From positions 256,001-320,000 of the forward strand of contig CBDDEL010000015.1 in NCBI GenBank assembly GCA_965226885.1: a stretch of DNA of 64,000 nt. The letters are read 5' to 3'. This document shows positions 63,180-64,000 of the stretch, piece by piece (position 1 is the stretch's first letter; each line of letters begins with the position of its first letter). This stretch comes from Opitutales bacterium (GTDB lineage Bacteria; Verrucomicrobiota; Verrucomicrobiia; Opitutales; UBA2987). The notes beneath the pieces were generated by a model. The model did not search any database and was not told the DNA's origin. It worked only from the letters and a program-made list of their open reading frames with translations. Both the position numbers and the translations under genes were made by a program.

Positions 63180-64000
63180 TTAGGTTTGGTATTGTAGGTT
63201 TTGCAGCGGGTGGCGGAATGAGGCCGTAGGCCGAATGGAGCCAGCCGCTGCTTTGTTGATTGTTCGCCAGAGTCTGGCAAATGTATTTGGGGAGAGAAAG
63301 CCTAATCGGCTGTGGGGGTGTTTCGCGTTGTATTTGTGTCGCCATTGTTCGACCACCACACGCGCTTCGGTCACGCTCAGGAACAGTTCCTGATTAAGGC
63401 ATTCATCGCGCAAACGATTATGAAAGGATTCTATATGTCCATTCTGCCAAGGGCTTCCTGGATCAATGTATGCAATGGCAATTTCCTGCCGCTGCAGTTC
63501 TTCTTTGTGCCGCTGCAGTTCTTCTTTGACTTGGTGGGCTATAAACTCCGATCCGTTGTCCGAGCGGATGCACTGAGGTTTGCTGTTCTCCTTTATGGCT
63601 TTGTTCAATACCTCTACCACATCGGTACTTTTCAGTGAGCGCGCAACCTTAATGGCCAGGCATTGTCGGGTATGTTCATCGATCAGTGTCAAGAGCCTGA
63701 GCGGACCGCCCCGGTCGGTGCGATCCGCCACAAAGTCCCAACTCCACACATGGTTGGGCTGCACTGCTCGGGTCGGGGTAGCCGTGGATTGGCCCTGCCG
63801 GCGACGGCGCTTGCCAGGCGGCCGCACACCCAGTCCTTCGAAACGACGCACTTTTTGGACGAATTTGCGACTCACGGGCCAGCCTTCATGGGCCAACAAA
63901 GCGCGGATCCGACGATAGCCATAGCGAGGGTGCTTCTTCGAAAAGGCAATGATGCGTGTCACCAGTTTATGCCTATACTCAGTAGCTTTCTTGGGTTCAT
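63180..64000 (-). CDS. IS3-family transposase OrfB (N-terminus outside window)
   Basis: YGYRRI, WSWDF, SDNGSEF, PGSPWQNGHIESF, RDECLN. Confidence 0.9.
   Translation of the reverse strand, partial: EPKKATEYRHKLVTRIIAFSKKHPRYGYRRIRALLAHEGWPVSRKFVQKVRRFEGLGVRPPGKRRRRQGQSTATPTRAVQPNHVWSWDFVADRTDRGGPLRLLTLIDEHTRQCLAIKVARSLKSTDVVEVLNKAIKENSKPQCIRSDNGSEFIAHQVKEELQRHKEELQRQEIAIAYIDPGSPWQNGHIESFHNRLRDECLNQELFLSVTEARVVVEQWRHKYNAKHPHSRLGFLSPNTFARLWRTINKAAAGSIRPTASFRHPLQNLQYQT
63487..63528. repeat. Perfect 21-bp in-frame tandem duplication inside orfB
   Basis: tgccgctgcagttcttctttg x2 (KEELQRH/KEELQRQ). Confidence 0.9.

Larger units (their letters stand above)
63135..64000 (-). mobile_element. IS3-family element, partial (right end plus orfB)
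   Basis: End tgatcggacccc...; orfB carries IS3 motifs and runs off the window. Confidence 0.85.

Overview
Bacterial chromosome segment, probably Verrucomicrobia/PVC (inferred from the ClpC N-terminus [15 protein letters not shown] and the ilvE-mcsA-mcsB-clpC order). Main contents: (1) the first ~1,919 codons of a reducing type I PKS (KS-AT-DH-cMT-ER), running off the left edge and absent from the ORF track; (2) an RND/arsC/SDR/GNAT operon and a vapBC pair; (3) a DUF1538 membrane protein with two P-II-like proteins; (4) tRNA-Val(GAC), tRNA-Ala(GGC) and tmRNA; (5) a non-canonical 8-gene periplasmic nitrate-reductase-like operon with a 4-haem cytochrome c and no napB/napC/napD; (6) housekeeping genes (mpg, dtd, infA, tadA, sodA, gpsA, coaD, pgsA, pgpA, aroQ, ptsI, ispDEF, ndk, clpC, mcsAB, ilvE). 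The window shows active erosion: five IS elements or remnants plus a MITE (two IS split genes whose empty sites rebuild exactly), four genes with single in-frame stops, and seven unrelated 14-23 bp tandem duplications, one of which frameshifts the napH-like gene. No CRISPR array or rRNA was seen. All calls come from motif reading; no database search was run.
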